Shown here: positions 30,208 to 39,170 of the stretch, piece by piece
How positions within the stretch are numbered: the stretch's first letter is position 1
How the letters are laid out: each line of letters opens with the position of its first letter
Assembly: GCA_047150005.1 (NCBI GenBank)
Contig: AP038806.1
Coordinates: 1,024,001-1,088,000 of the forward strand
Length of the DNA: 64,000 nt
Direction of reading: 5' to 3'
From: Nitrospira sp.
Lineage (GTDB): Bacteria > Nitrospirota > Nitrospiria > Nitrospirales > Nitrospiraceae
Made by a program: the position numbers and the translations under genes
The notes under the pieces: model-generated
Told to the model about the DNA's origin: nothing
Databases searched by the model: none
What the model saw: the letters and a program-made list of their open reading frames with translations, nothing else

Positions 30208-31032
30208 TCACGGGCCCGGACCGCCCTCGGAAGAGGACGCCAGTTCCGCACTTTGCGGGAGACTTCGCTCGACAACTATTGAAATGGTGCCCGGCATCCG
30301 GCTTTGAGGCCAAGATTCCAGTTTGACATGAGCGTCCCAGGCCGACGCAATCGCCTGCTTCACTTCCTGTGGCGAAGCATCGATTGTGCTGAGGAATGCG
30401 CCATGGAGCCGGTCGCCTCGATAGTCGGGTCTTCTCCGAGGTTCCTTCAGGTACCGTGCGATGAGGTCGGCCCGCATGCCGTAAAGGATGGTGCCGTGAA
30501 AGAGGAGCCCTTTTCGTTTCCTCCGCTGCGCATTTCCCGAAATCTTGAGTCCGGCGACGCCCAGATCGCTGGTACCTTGGAAAGCGATTGCCGGCTCCCA
30601 TCGTTGGAGTGCATGGGCGATGCGCTGCAAGATAAATTGATTGGTGGAACGAATGTCGCTCAAATCGGGATGAAAGGACAGCGGAAGCACGAAAGCGTAG
30701 GAAAGACAGCCGGGTCCCTGTAAGACGGTCCCGCCGCCGCTCGCCCGCCGCAGTATTGGTATGCCGTCTTGTTCGCAGGCGGTGAGATCGATGTCCTCCG
30801 CGAGAATCGAGGCACGGCCCAGCACGGCAAAGTGGCGATCGCTTTCCCAGAAGCGCAGTACGGGGTTGCCGCCGTTCTCCTCCAGATCATCCAGCAAGAC
30901 TTCGTCGAGGGCGAGATTCTCAATCGGAGAGGGAAGGGTTAAATCGAGTAGACGAACCGGCTGCGCGACGCTATCGGCTGACCGCGCGCCCGTGAGCGAT
31001 TTGTCCTCGGAACGGTCGGCGTCCAACGTCAT
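30208..31032 (-). CDS. Lipoate-protein ligase family (LplA/LipM-like)
   Basis: NLALDE, RRASGGGTV, KISGNAQ, HGTIL. Confidence 0.9.
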   Translation of the reverse strand: MTLDADRSEDKSLTGARSADSVAQPVRLLDLTLPSPIENLALDEVLLDDLEENGGNPVLRFWESDRHFAVLGRASILAEDIDLTACEQDGIPILRRASGGGTVLQGPGCLSYAFVLPLSFHPDLSDIRSTNQFILQRIAHALQRWEPAIAFQGTSDLGVAGLKISGNAQRRKRKGLLFHGTILYGMRADLIARYLKEPRRRPDYRGDRLHGAFLSTIDASPQEVKQAIASAWDAHVKLESWPQSRMPGTISIVVERSLPQSAELASSSEGGPGP

Positions 31033-31037
31033 CTCGC

Positions 31038-32996
31038 TCAGACTGCGTGTTTCCTTCCCTTGCCGACACCGGCGGCAGGCTGCTCTGAACGCCTGTAGTC
31101 CTGAAGGCTGCGCGGGATGATGCCCTCCGAGAGCGTCGGATACGTGCCCAGGAGTGCCTTCATCCCGAGTCTCGTGAACCGCGCATCTCTGTTGGCAATA
31201 AGGGTGCGAATCTGGTGCTTCACGCGGCCCTTCGCTTCGCGGAATACCTCATGTGCAAGATCCCACACCTCTGAGGGTCCGGCCGCCCCCTTGTGCGATT
31301 CTGCATAGAGCGCGGTGGCCGCAATCGCAACAAGGTCTTCCCCGATGCTTTCGATGCGGTTTTGGCGCCCTTGGTCGTCTCGAAGTGTCTGCCGGTGCCA
31401 TACCACGGAGTAAAACATCGCGCGCGCGAGTCGTCGGCTTGCGCGTTCCACGAACCGCAGTGTGGGGCGGACTTGTGGATGTCGGAACTCCGGTCGAGAG
31501 GATAAACGTCTCGGCATCCATTGCTTCACGTACCAGGGGAGATAGAAGCTGACGAGACGCCCCAACTCCAGGAGCCGCCGCCAGCTCGTCACGTCTTCCT
31601 CGAGGTAATTCCGGGCCCGCTCAAGGTGCGTATTGAACCCCTCGCGTGCCACGAACGGACGCAGGATATCGGTCGCGCCTTCCCCGATCCGGTACATCTC
31701 AGCATCACGGACGAGTTGTTCGATCCCGAATGCCGGTTCTCCCCGAATCCTTTTGGAATCAGCCGTTTCGTATCCCATTCCTCCAAAAATGATCTGGGCA
31801 TCCTTCAGAAACTGGATCGTGTGTTCCGAACAGAATATTTTCGCGATCGCCGATTCAATTCGAACGTCGTAGTCGAACTGGTCCGCCATTCGCCACACGG
31901 AGAAGGCGAGCGCTTCCATGGCAAAGAGGTCGGCGGCCATACGACCCAACCGCATGCGCTGTGTCTGTCGCTCGCCGAGTGGTTTCTGGAAGGTCCATCG
32001 GGCATTGGCTCTATCAAGCGTCGGCTGCCACGCTTGTTTGGTCATACCCAGACAAATGGCGGGGATACTGACCGCCCGACCGACATTGAGGATGGCGAGC
32101 GCGTACTTCAAACCACGACCGACTTCACCGATGACGTTTGCCACTGGGATGCGGACATCCGTGAAGGTCATGTGGGCATTCTCAATACCCCTGCAACCCT
32201 CGAATTGGCACCGTTGACGCACCTTCACCCCGGGAAGATCCATCTCGAGGATGAAGGCGGTGTGAACCCACTCATCTGCCTCCTTACCTTCCGGCATCGG
32301 AACCCAGACTGTTCGCCCGTCACGCAGTTCTTTCCTGGCCGGCACACGTGCGATCAACGTCAGATACCGAGCAATCGTTCCGTTCGTGCACCACAGCTTT
32401 TCCCCGTTCACCACATAGGCCGTTCCGCTGCCGTCCAGCACCGCCTCGGTCTGGACATTGGCCGCATCCGATCCGGTGACCGATTCGGTGAGCGCAAATG
32501 CAGAGACGGCCTCCCGAGCGACGAGCGGCAGGTACTTGCGTTTCTGCGCTTCGCTGCCGAACCGGAGAATCGGCATCGCGATGCCGATCGACTGAGGCAC
32601 CGCAACGGTCAACGCGAGGATGTTGCTCCAACTTGCTATCAGCATGAGAGCCCGACCGTAGTTCGCATATGAAAATCCGAGACCTCCGAACTCCTTGGGG
32701 ATCTTCATGCCGAAGGCGCCGAGCGCAAACAAGCCTTTCAGCACGGAATCGGGAATCCTCGCGGACCGTTCAATCTCATCGGGATCGACCTGCGTCGTGA
32801 GAAACGTCTGTAGCCTGGGACGAAAGTCCTCCCAGGCTTCTTTCTGTTCCGGTGACTCTTCCGGGAGAAGCAGCAGTGAGAAATCGGGGCGCCCGACGAA
32901 AAGACCCGCCACAAAGCTATGGCCCGACAACCGATCGCGAGCTTCCTCGATTCGTTCAAAGCCTTTGAAGAGCGATCCCATGGCTGTCCGATTCAT
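31038..32996 (-). CDS. Acyl-CoA dehydrogenase (long VLCAD-like form)
   Basis: FALTESVTGSDA, NGEKLWCTNG, LNVGR, QIIFGGMGY, RIGEGATDIL. Confidence 0.92.
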   Translation of the reverse strand: MNRTAMGSLFKGFERIEEARDRLSGHSFVAGLFVGRPDFSLLLLPEESPEQKEAWEDFRPRLQTFLTTQVDPDEIERSARIPDSVLKGLFALGAFGMKIPKEFGGLGFSYANYGRALMLIASWSNILALTVAVPQSIGIAMPILRFGSEAQKRKYLPLVAREAVSAFALTESVTGSDAANVQTEAVLDGSGTAYVVNGEKLWCTNGTIARYLTLIARVPARKELRDGRTVWVPMPEGKEADEWVHTAFILEMDLPGVKVRQRCQFEGCRGIENAHMTFTDVRIPVANVIGEVGRGLKYALAILNVGRAVSIPAICLGMTKQAWQPTLDRANARWTFQKPLGERQTQRMRLGRMAADLFAMEALAFSVWRMADQFDYDVRIESAIAKIFCSEHTIQFLKDAQIIFGGMGYETADSKRIRGEPAFGIEQLVRDAEMYRIGEGATDILRPFVAREGFNTHLERARNYLEEDVTSWRRLLELGRLVSFYLPWYVKQWMPRRLSSRPEFRHPQVRPTLRFVERASRRLARAMFYSVVWHRQTLRDDQGRQNRIESIGEDLVAIAATALYAESHKGAAGPSEVWDLAHEVFREAKGRVKHQIRTLIANRDARFTRLGMKALLGTYPTLSEGIIPRSLQDYRRSEQPAAGVGKGRKHAV

Positions 32997-34399
32997 CGTG
33001 CCGGCTGCACCACAGCGGCACGATTCCGAATCTCCTCAAATCGTGCCGTGAAATGACGCAGCATCGGCGCCTCATAGGTCAAGCGGAGGCCGCGGATCTT
33101 CTCGCGCCGTCCGAATAACTCGATGATCGATTCCGCGACATAGGTGATCTGCATGTTGGTATAGACTCGTCTCGGGATGGCCAACCTCACCATCTCGAGT
33201 TCGGGATGAATGGTTCGCCCGGTCGCCGGGTCTTTCTTGCCGAACATCACCGTGCCGATCTCTACGCCTCTAATCCCATATTCCCGATAGAGAACCGCAA
33301 CCAGGGATTGGGCGGGAAATTGTGTTCGCGGAATGTGCGGCAGAAACTCCTTGGCGTTGAGATACACCGCGTGTCCTCCGATCGGCTTAAGAACGGGCAC
33401 GCCCGCCTGATCCAGCAGCTCTCCCAGATACCGTACCTGGCCGACCCGGAAGTTCAGGTAATCTTCATCCAGCGCTTCGCGCAGCCCTCTGGCCATCGCT
33501 TCCAGATCGCGACCGGCCAAGCCGCCATAGGTGGGAAAGCCTTCGACCAGGATCAGCATGTTGGTAATATCCTGCGCCCACTGGTCGTCATTCAGACTGA
33601 GAAATCCCCCTATGTTCACGAGGCCGTCCTTCTTGGCGGACATCGTGCAGCCGTCGCCATACCTGAAGAGCTCCCGTGCGATGTCGAGAATCGACCGGTC
33701 GGCGAACTCCGGCTCCCGCTCTTTGATGAAGAAACAATTCTCGGCAAAGCGACAGGCATCGAAGAAGAGAGGAATACGGTAACGGTCCAACAGCGCGCGA
33801 GTCCGTCGGATGTTGTCCATCGAGACCGGTTGCCCGCCGCCGCTGTTGTTCGTGATCGTCAGCATGACGAGCGGAATGCGATCCGGCCCGATCCGGTTGA
33901 TCGCCTCTTCCAACCGGCTCACATCCATGTTGCCTTTGAACGGCGATTCGCAGTGGGGGTCATAGGCCTCTTTGATCACGACGTCCAGAGCCTGCGCACC
34001 TTGATGCTCCACGTTGGCTCGAGTGGTGTCGAAATGAATGTTGTTTGGAACACACATACCCGACTTGACCACGGTGGAGAACAGGAGATTTTCAGCCATG
34101 CGTCCTTGATGAGTAGGAATCACATGTTGGTACCCGAAGATGGAGCGGACGGTTTGTTCGAAGTGGTAATAGTTCCTGCTGCCGGCATAGGATTCGTCCC
34201 CCTGCATCAAGCCCGCCCATTGGCGATCGCTCATGGCCGAGGTGCCGCTATCGGTCAAGAGGTCGACATAGACGCTCTCGGCCGGAATTTGAAACAGGTT
34301 GTAGCCCGCATGTCGCAGCAGACGATCCCGCTCCTTTCGGGTCGTGCGTCGGATCGGCTCCACAACTTTGATCTTGAACGGCTCGGAGGGAAACTTCAT
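32993..34399 (-). CDS. tnaA: Tryptophanase (tryptophan indole-lyase)
   Basis: EPFKIKVVEP, DLLTDSGT, GDESYAG, MSAKKDG, EGFPTYGG. Residues FDTT, VEIG and LRHFTA match tryptophanase rather than tyrosine phenol-lyase. Confidence 0.88.
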   Translation of the reverse strand: MKFPSEPFKIKVVEPIRRTTRKERDRLLRHAGYNLFQIPAESVYVDLLTDSGTSAMSDRQWAGLMQGDESYAGSRNYYHFEQTVRSIFGYQHVIPTHQGRMAENLLFSTVVKSGMCVPNNIHFDTTRANVEHQGAQALDVVIKEAYDPHCESPFKGNMDVSRLEEAINRIGPDRIPLVMLTITNNSGGGQPVSMDNIRRTRALLDRYRIPLFFDACRFAENCFFIKEREPEFADRSILDIARELFRYGDGCTMSAKKDGLVNIGGFLSLNDDQWAQDITNMLILVEGFPTYGGLAGRDLEAMARGLREALDEDYLNFRVGQVRYLGELLDQAGVPVLKPIGGHAVYLNAKEFLPHIPRTQFPAQSLVAVLYREYGIRGVEIGTVMFGKKDPATGRTIHPELEMVRLAIPRRVYTNMQITYVAESIIELFGRREKIRGLRLTYEAPMLRHFTARFEEIRNRAAVVQPAR

Positions 34400-35358
34400 A
34401 CGACTGACCTCTCAAATCGCGACAATTCTCCCCGAAATACCGGCGCGCCTCCGTATTCAAAAACATACCGGGTCATATCGAAAAGCGGTGCGGGGTCGAG
34501 ATCGCGCAACAGTTCCGGCTTCCACGTAATCTCCAACTGATTGATCATCGTAATAGGCGTCGGAGGCCCGACCACGCCGAGCTGCACCTGCCCGTAGGAT
34601 TGAGAGAAAATGAGAATCTCCCCATCGAACATGGCCGCGTTGAGATCACTCGCGGCCCCCTGCCTCCCATAATCCTCCTCGAACCGCTGAAATGCGGGCG
34701 CCCGTTCGAGTTCTTCGCGGAACGCGAAGAAAATGTCGATGCCGGCCCGTTGCTGGTCGTCCATGACCTGAACGGCATCGCGCACCACCGACTCCTGCTG
34801 CATTTGCTCGCGCGTCAGGACCAATAGGCGGCGGATGCGTACTCCCCGTTTGGCCGCCTCTTGATTGGCCAGCAGATAGTTCGGATAGAGAGCTTCGCCT
34901 TTCTTCCAAATGTTCCAGCGTTCCATGATCGCGTCGATGGACTGTTCGGCCGTCTGAACAAGCCGGACAGCCTCGGCGTTTGCTTCCGCTCCTTCATACG
35001 TGAGCGTTTGCATTTCGAGCTGACGGAGCTCTCGCCCAATCGCCTCCACCTTGCGCGGAATGTATTTGGGATTCTTGGGAACATGAAGCATGACGTCGAC
35101 GGCAGTCAGCGCCAGGGTCCAATATTCTTTGGCTGCGGACGGAGCCTTGTCCTTCTGCGCGATCAACAGGAGTTCGACCGGGTTCTTGTCGAGGAGTTTG
35201 GCGATCTTGATACAGAGCTCGGGTTTGGGAATCTTGAAACCGCGTCGGATCAAATTGGCTTCAGGCTGGGCGATACCAAGCTTTTTCGCCACCGCATAGT
35301 CGCTGCTGAGACCAAACCGCTCCTTAATGGCTTCAAGATACTTCGAGACTTCCGACAT
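34396..35358 (-). CDS. HTH transcriptional regulator with uncharacterised C-terminal domain
   Basis: N-terminal XRE/phage-repressor-like HTH (LSSDYAVAKKLGIAQPE...CIKIAKLL); C-terminal YLLANQEAAKRGVRIRRLLVL. Confidence 0.7.
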   Translation of the reverse strand: MSEVSKYLEAIKERFGLSSDYAVAKKLGIAQPEANLIRRGFKIPKPELCIKIAKLLDKNPVELLLIAQKDKAPSAAKEYWTLALTAVDVMLHVPKNPKYIPRKVEAIGRELRQLEMQTLTYEGAEANAEAVRLVQTAEQSIDAIMERWNIWKKGEALYPNYLLANQEAAKRGVRIRRLLVLTREQMQQESVVRDAVQVMDDQQRAGIDIFFAFREELERAPAFQRFEEDYGRQGAASDLNAAMFDGEILIFSQSYGQVQLGVVGPPTPITMINQLEITWKPELLRDLDPAPLFDMTRYVFEYGGAPVFRGELSRFERSVV

Positions 35359-35408
35359 GCAGCACTCCTCTCACAGATTGGGCTCAGCCTGAGCGGGTCC
35401 GGAAGCCA

Positions 35409-36140
35409 TCATGCCGCGTGAAAGCGAGCTTCTCGCGGCTCACGGTCAGGAGATTCTCCATGCGTCAATCCGATCCAAAACCCCTCGAGGTATCCGAGAA
35501 CGGCATTGACCCCTGACCGGAAATCTTCCCTTTCCTGATCGGACATAGTGGTGTTGTTCGCGCCTTCAATGGCTTCCACCGCATGCTCCATCGCCTCCTC
35601 GTGGGAGAGCTCGAGTTCTCGATGAAAGGTGAAATAGGTGAGGTCCATATGGGGATGTAAGGTGGCTTTCAAATAAGCGAGCCCTGGGATCAGATGATCC
35701 CACAGCGTAATGGCCATGTTCTCCAGACCGAAGGATGCGCCCAAGGCCTTGGCGTGATTGCCATCGCTGTACAACTGTTCCATCCCTTCGATGTAACAGC
35801 GGGTCGAGGGCAGCATGGGGCGCGACATGGCTTCATGCACATCGATATCAATGGACCGCAAAAAGTTCCGATACAGGAGCTCGTGGCGATACTGGGTCTG
35901 TCCATTACCCAATTCGGAGTACAGAACCTTGGTCAGTTCCTCGGCAACCTTCTCATCCGCCGTGTTGACAAGTTGGGACATCAAGATCCGGGGAAAGAAA
36001 CGAGCAAAGTTGTAGAACTCGATTGCAAAATCCTTCAGATCGGCGGCGGTGAGATCGCCCGATTGAAAACGATCGAGATACGGATTGTTGATCGCCCTGT
36101 GCCTCAGCACGATCCCTCTCATTTCTTGATAGAACGTCAT
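35409..36140 (-). CDS. Heme-oxygenase-like diiron oxidase (TenA/PqqC/CADD-like iron-containing redox enzyme)
   Basis: SELGNG...RHELL, GLEN, YFTFHRELELSH metal-ligand pattern; GGAGG RBS. Confidence 0.82.
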   Translation of the reverse strand: MTFYQEMRGIVLRHRAINNPYLDRFQSGDLTAADLKDFAIEFYNFARFFPRILMSQLVNTADEKVAEELTKVLYSELGNGQTQYRHELLYRNFLRSIDIDVHEAMSRPMLPSTRCYIEGMEQLYSDGNHAKALGASFGLENMAITLWDHLIPGLAYLKATLHPHMDLTYFTFHRELELSHEEAMEHAVEAIEGANNTTMSDQEREDFRSGVNAVLGYLEGFWIGLTHGESPDREPREARFHAA

Positions 36141-36183
36141 CGGTCACCTCCAGGCAGCAAAAGGACGGGACACGACATGACGC

Positions 36184-36371
36184 TTGACACGATACGCAGA
36201 TCGTATAATATGCTTTTTGAATCATACGATCAACCATCAAATGATATCATAACTTATTAATACAATGTGCTATATTTTTATGCATGCCAGTAGAGCATGA
36301 TCATCAATAAGCTCATTCACTACGTTTTAATACAATATTGCTATCATTCGATTTATCTTTCGTGTTACCAT
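36184..36371. promoter_or_regulatory. AT-rich divergent promoter/operator region
   Basis: TTGACA at 36184 with TATAAT at 36204 or TAATAT at 36206; inverted repeat 36199-36231; palindrome ATGATATCAT; direct repeat TTAATACAAT..TGCTAT at 36257 and 36327. Confidence 0.65.
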
Positions 36372-36441
36372 ATTCTCACGAGCGAGAAGCGGATAGAGGC
36401 GACCGGAAGCGGAATTCTGCTCCATCGGAGGAGGGGCCATC

Positions 36442-37029
36442 ATGGACCATTCAACAGGGATTGATCACATCACGCTCTGCGTGGAGGACCTCGATGCGGC
36501 GGAGTTTCTCTTCACCAAGGTCCTCGGTTTTGAGGCGATCTGGTCGGCTCGGGACGTAGGCACTGAAAAATCTTCGATGGATACGGTGGTCGTGCAGCGA
36601 GGCAACGCCAAGATTGCGCTCATGCAGGGTCGGGACAAGACGACAAAGTCGCAGATCAGCCAGTTTATCGAGAAATACGGCCAGGGCGTGCAACACTTCG
36701 CTCTTGAAGTTGATGACATCGAGGCTGCCTGTCGTGAATGGGAGGCCCATGGCGTCAAGTTCAGCGGATCGCTGAAGGAAGGACGCGACGGATTCGGTCC
36801 TCTCAAACAGCGATTCACCTTTCCGCTTTTCCCGGGGAGCGGGTTGTTCATTGAATTGACTCAACGCGTCCATGGAGAAGAGAAGTCGAAAACGTTAGTC
36901 CGCAACACTGTTGAGTCTCTTTACAAGGACATCGAGCGGGATCAAGCATCAGGGATCGAACGGACGATCATCGATTACGGGCCATCCTCGACTCCTGGGA
37001 AGAAGAAACCGTTGAAGCGTGCCTCATAG
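36442..37029 (+). CDS. VOC-family protein resembling the catalytic C-terminal domain of 4-hydroxyphenylpyruvate dioxygenase
   Basis: IDH, SQISQF...GVQHFAL, LKQRFT, FIELTQR, LYKDIERDQ; adjacent to hmgA. Confidence 0.75.
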   Translation: MDHSTGIDHITLCVEDLDAAEFLFTKVLGFEAIWSARDVGTEKSSMDTVVVQRGNAKIALMQGRDKTTKSQISQFIEKYGQGVQHFALEVDDIEAACREWEAHGVKFSGSLKEGRDGFGPLKQRFTFPLFPGSGLFIELTQRVHGEEKSKTLVRNTVESLYKDIERDQASGIERTIIDYGPSSTPGKKKPLKRAS

Positions 37030-37061
37030 GAACGCATCAGGCTTTTCACGAGAGGCCGGCC

Positions 37062-38171
37062 ATGTATCTCAACAGAAAAGGCAAGGTTCCCAATCAAGCC
37101 CACGTCGGCATTCCCGAAGGACTATGCGAGGAGGAGCATGGACGAAACGGATTCGCTGGAGCGGTGTCACATTTGTACCGGGTCCATCCCCCGACGGGGT
37201 GGCTGAAGATCGATTGACCACTCAAACCACGAGCCTTTGCCTGCGTCCGACTCTTAACCGCAACTACCCCATCTGTCGCGACTCAGCCGGCCCTCATGAT
37301 GCAGAGTCACGATGTGAGCCTGTACCTGTCATGCCGGACCGAGACGATGACCCATTTCATTCGCAATGCCGACGGAGACGAAGTCCATTTCATCCATCAG
37401 GGCACAGGGAGATTTGAGACGGACTATGGAACCCTTTCTTACGAGACAGGCGATTACATCGTGATCCCAAAAGGAACGACCTATCGAATCCACGTCGATG
37501 CCGGCCCGTCTCTTTCCCTCATCGTTGAAACGCCCGAATCTGTCACGGTACCGGATCGTGGACCGCTCGGACAGCATGCCCTGTTCGATAAGGGTGTCCT
37601 TGTGGCCCCTGAGTTGGGGACGGTGGAGCCACCGGAAGCTCAGGGCCAAGAGTGGGAAGTCCACATCAAGCGGTGCGGGAATTCGACGACGGTGGTCTAC
37701 CCGTTCTATCCGATGGATGTGGTCGGTTGGAAAGGAGATCTGTGGGCGGCCAAGCTGAACGTGCGTGATTTTCGGCCGGTTACCAGCCCCCGTTACCACT
37801 TGCCGCCGAGCGTCCATGGAACATTCAAGGCCGGTGGATGCCTGATCTCCACCTTCGCCCCGAGACCATTGGAAAGCGACCCTGAGGCTCTCCGTGTTCC
37901 GTTCTACCACCGCAATACGGACTACGATGAAGTCCTTTTCTACCATCGAGGAGATTTTTTCAGCCGGGCGGGAATTCAGCCGGGCATGCTGACCTTACAC
38001 CCGCAGGGCATCCATCACGGACCGCAGCCGCAAGCCGTGCAAGCCAGCAAGGAGAAGACACAGACGAGCGAAGTGGCGGTGATGATCGAATCCAAGACCC
38101 CGTTCACGGTACGCCCAGAGATGGAAACCGTGGAAGTGAAAAACTATGCGCTGAGTTGGAGCCGTCGATGA
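37062..38171 (+). pseudogene. hmgA: Homogentisate 1,2-dioxygenase with one in-frame TGA at 37215-37217
   Basis: ATG 37062 reads MYLNRKGKVPNQAHVGIPEGLCEEEHGRNGFAGAVSHLYRVHPPTGWLKID*PLKPRAF, in frame with ORF 37296..38171 (RNADGDE, HLPPSVH, PFYHRNTDYDE, HPQGIHHGP). Confidence 0.85.
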
Positions 38172-39154
38172 AGCTCGTCAGTTTTCGCATCGCAACTCCT
38201 GTCGGCACCTTCACACGAGTGGGCGCCATGCACGGCCCCAACCTGATCGACTTGAACATGGCCTATGCTCGCTGGTTGGCCGATCAAGGCGAAGCGCAGC
38301 CGCACCGCTTGGCCAATGCGCAGGTACCCGCGAGCATGCTGGAGTTTCTCGAAGGCGGGATGTCCACAATGGCCGCCGCGCGGCGGGCGATGGGCCATGC
38401 CGTCATGCTCGCACCTTCGGCAACGGGTCCGTGCGGTGAGATGATCGTCTATCGCTCGTCCGACGTTCAGCTCATGGCCCCCTTGGTCGATCCGCCGTCT
38501 CTGCGAGACTTTATCGCCTTTGAAGACCACATTGCGGCGACTTCGAAGAAACGCGGGCAGCCGATTCCCCCTGAATGGTACAAAGCGCCCGTCTACTACA
38601 AGGGCAACCACCGAACCATTATCGGGACGGATGAGGATCTGGCCTGGCCCTTGGACACGACGAAGCTGGATTATGAGTTGGAATTGGCCTGTGTCATCGG
38701 GCGCAAGGGCAGAGACATCCCCGAACGGGATGCGCAGGGGTACATCGCCGGGTACACGATCATGAATGACTTCAGTGCCCGCGACATCCAGTTCCAAGAG
38801 ATGGCCTGCCGGTTGGGTCCCGCAAAAGGCAAAGATTTTGCGACGGCGCTAGGCCCCTGCCTCGTGACGTCCGACGAGATTGCAGATCTCGACGGACTCA
38901 TCATGATCGCGCGCGTGAACGGACAAGAATGGTCGCGCGGACGGTTCGGGACGATTCACTGGTCCTTCTCACAGATGATCGAACATGTGTCTCGCGGGGA
39001 AATGATCTATCCGGGAGACATCTTCGGCTCTGGAACCGTAGGAGGAGGATGCGGTCTCGAAATGGACCGGTACTTGAAGCCGGGAGACGTGGTGGAGCTG
39101 GAAATTCAGCCCATTGGCGTCCTGAGGACTCGCATCGTGGGCTCCACGTCATGA
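38168..39154 (+). CDS. Fumarylacetoacetate hydrolase family protein
   Basis: RDFIAFEDH, LDYELE, NDFSARD, AKGKDF, GSGT. Confidence 0.92.
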   Translation: MKLVSFRIATPVGTFTRVGAMHGPNLIDLNMAYARWLADQGEAQPHRLANAQVPASMLEFLEGGMSTMAAARRAMGHAVMLAPSATGPCGEMIVYRSSDVQLMAPLVDPPSLRDFIAFEDHIAATSKKRGQPIPPEWYKAPVYYKGNHRTIIGTDEDLAWPLDTTKLDYELELACVIGRKGRDIPERDAQGYIAGYTIMNDFSARDIQFQEMACRLGPAKGKDFATALGPCLVTSDEIADLDGLIMIARVNGQEWSRGRFGTIHWSFSQMIEHVSRGEMIYPGDIFGSGTVGGGCGLEMDRYLKPGDVVELEIQPIGVLRTRIVGSTS

Positions 39155-39170
39155 CAAGAGAGAAGCGCAC

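Noticed and set aside
32993..34399. Tyrosine phenol-lyase
   Set aside because: It lacks the TPL-type Thr, Arg and Phe residues and has Asp, Ile and His instead.
37215..37217. Selenocysteine or genome-wide TGA recoding
   Set aside because: The position looks like Gly rather than Cys, I recognise no SECIS-like hairpin, and TGA terminates many other genes in the window normally.
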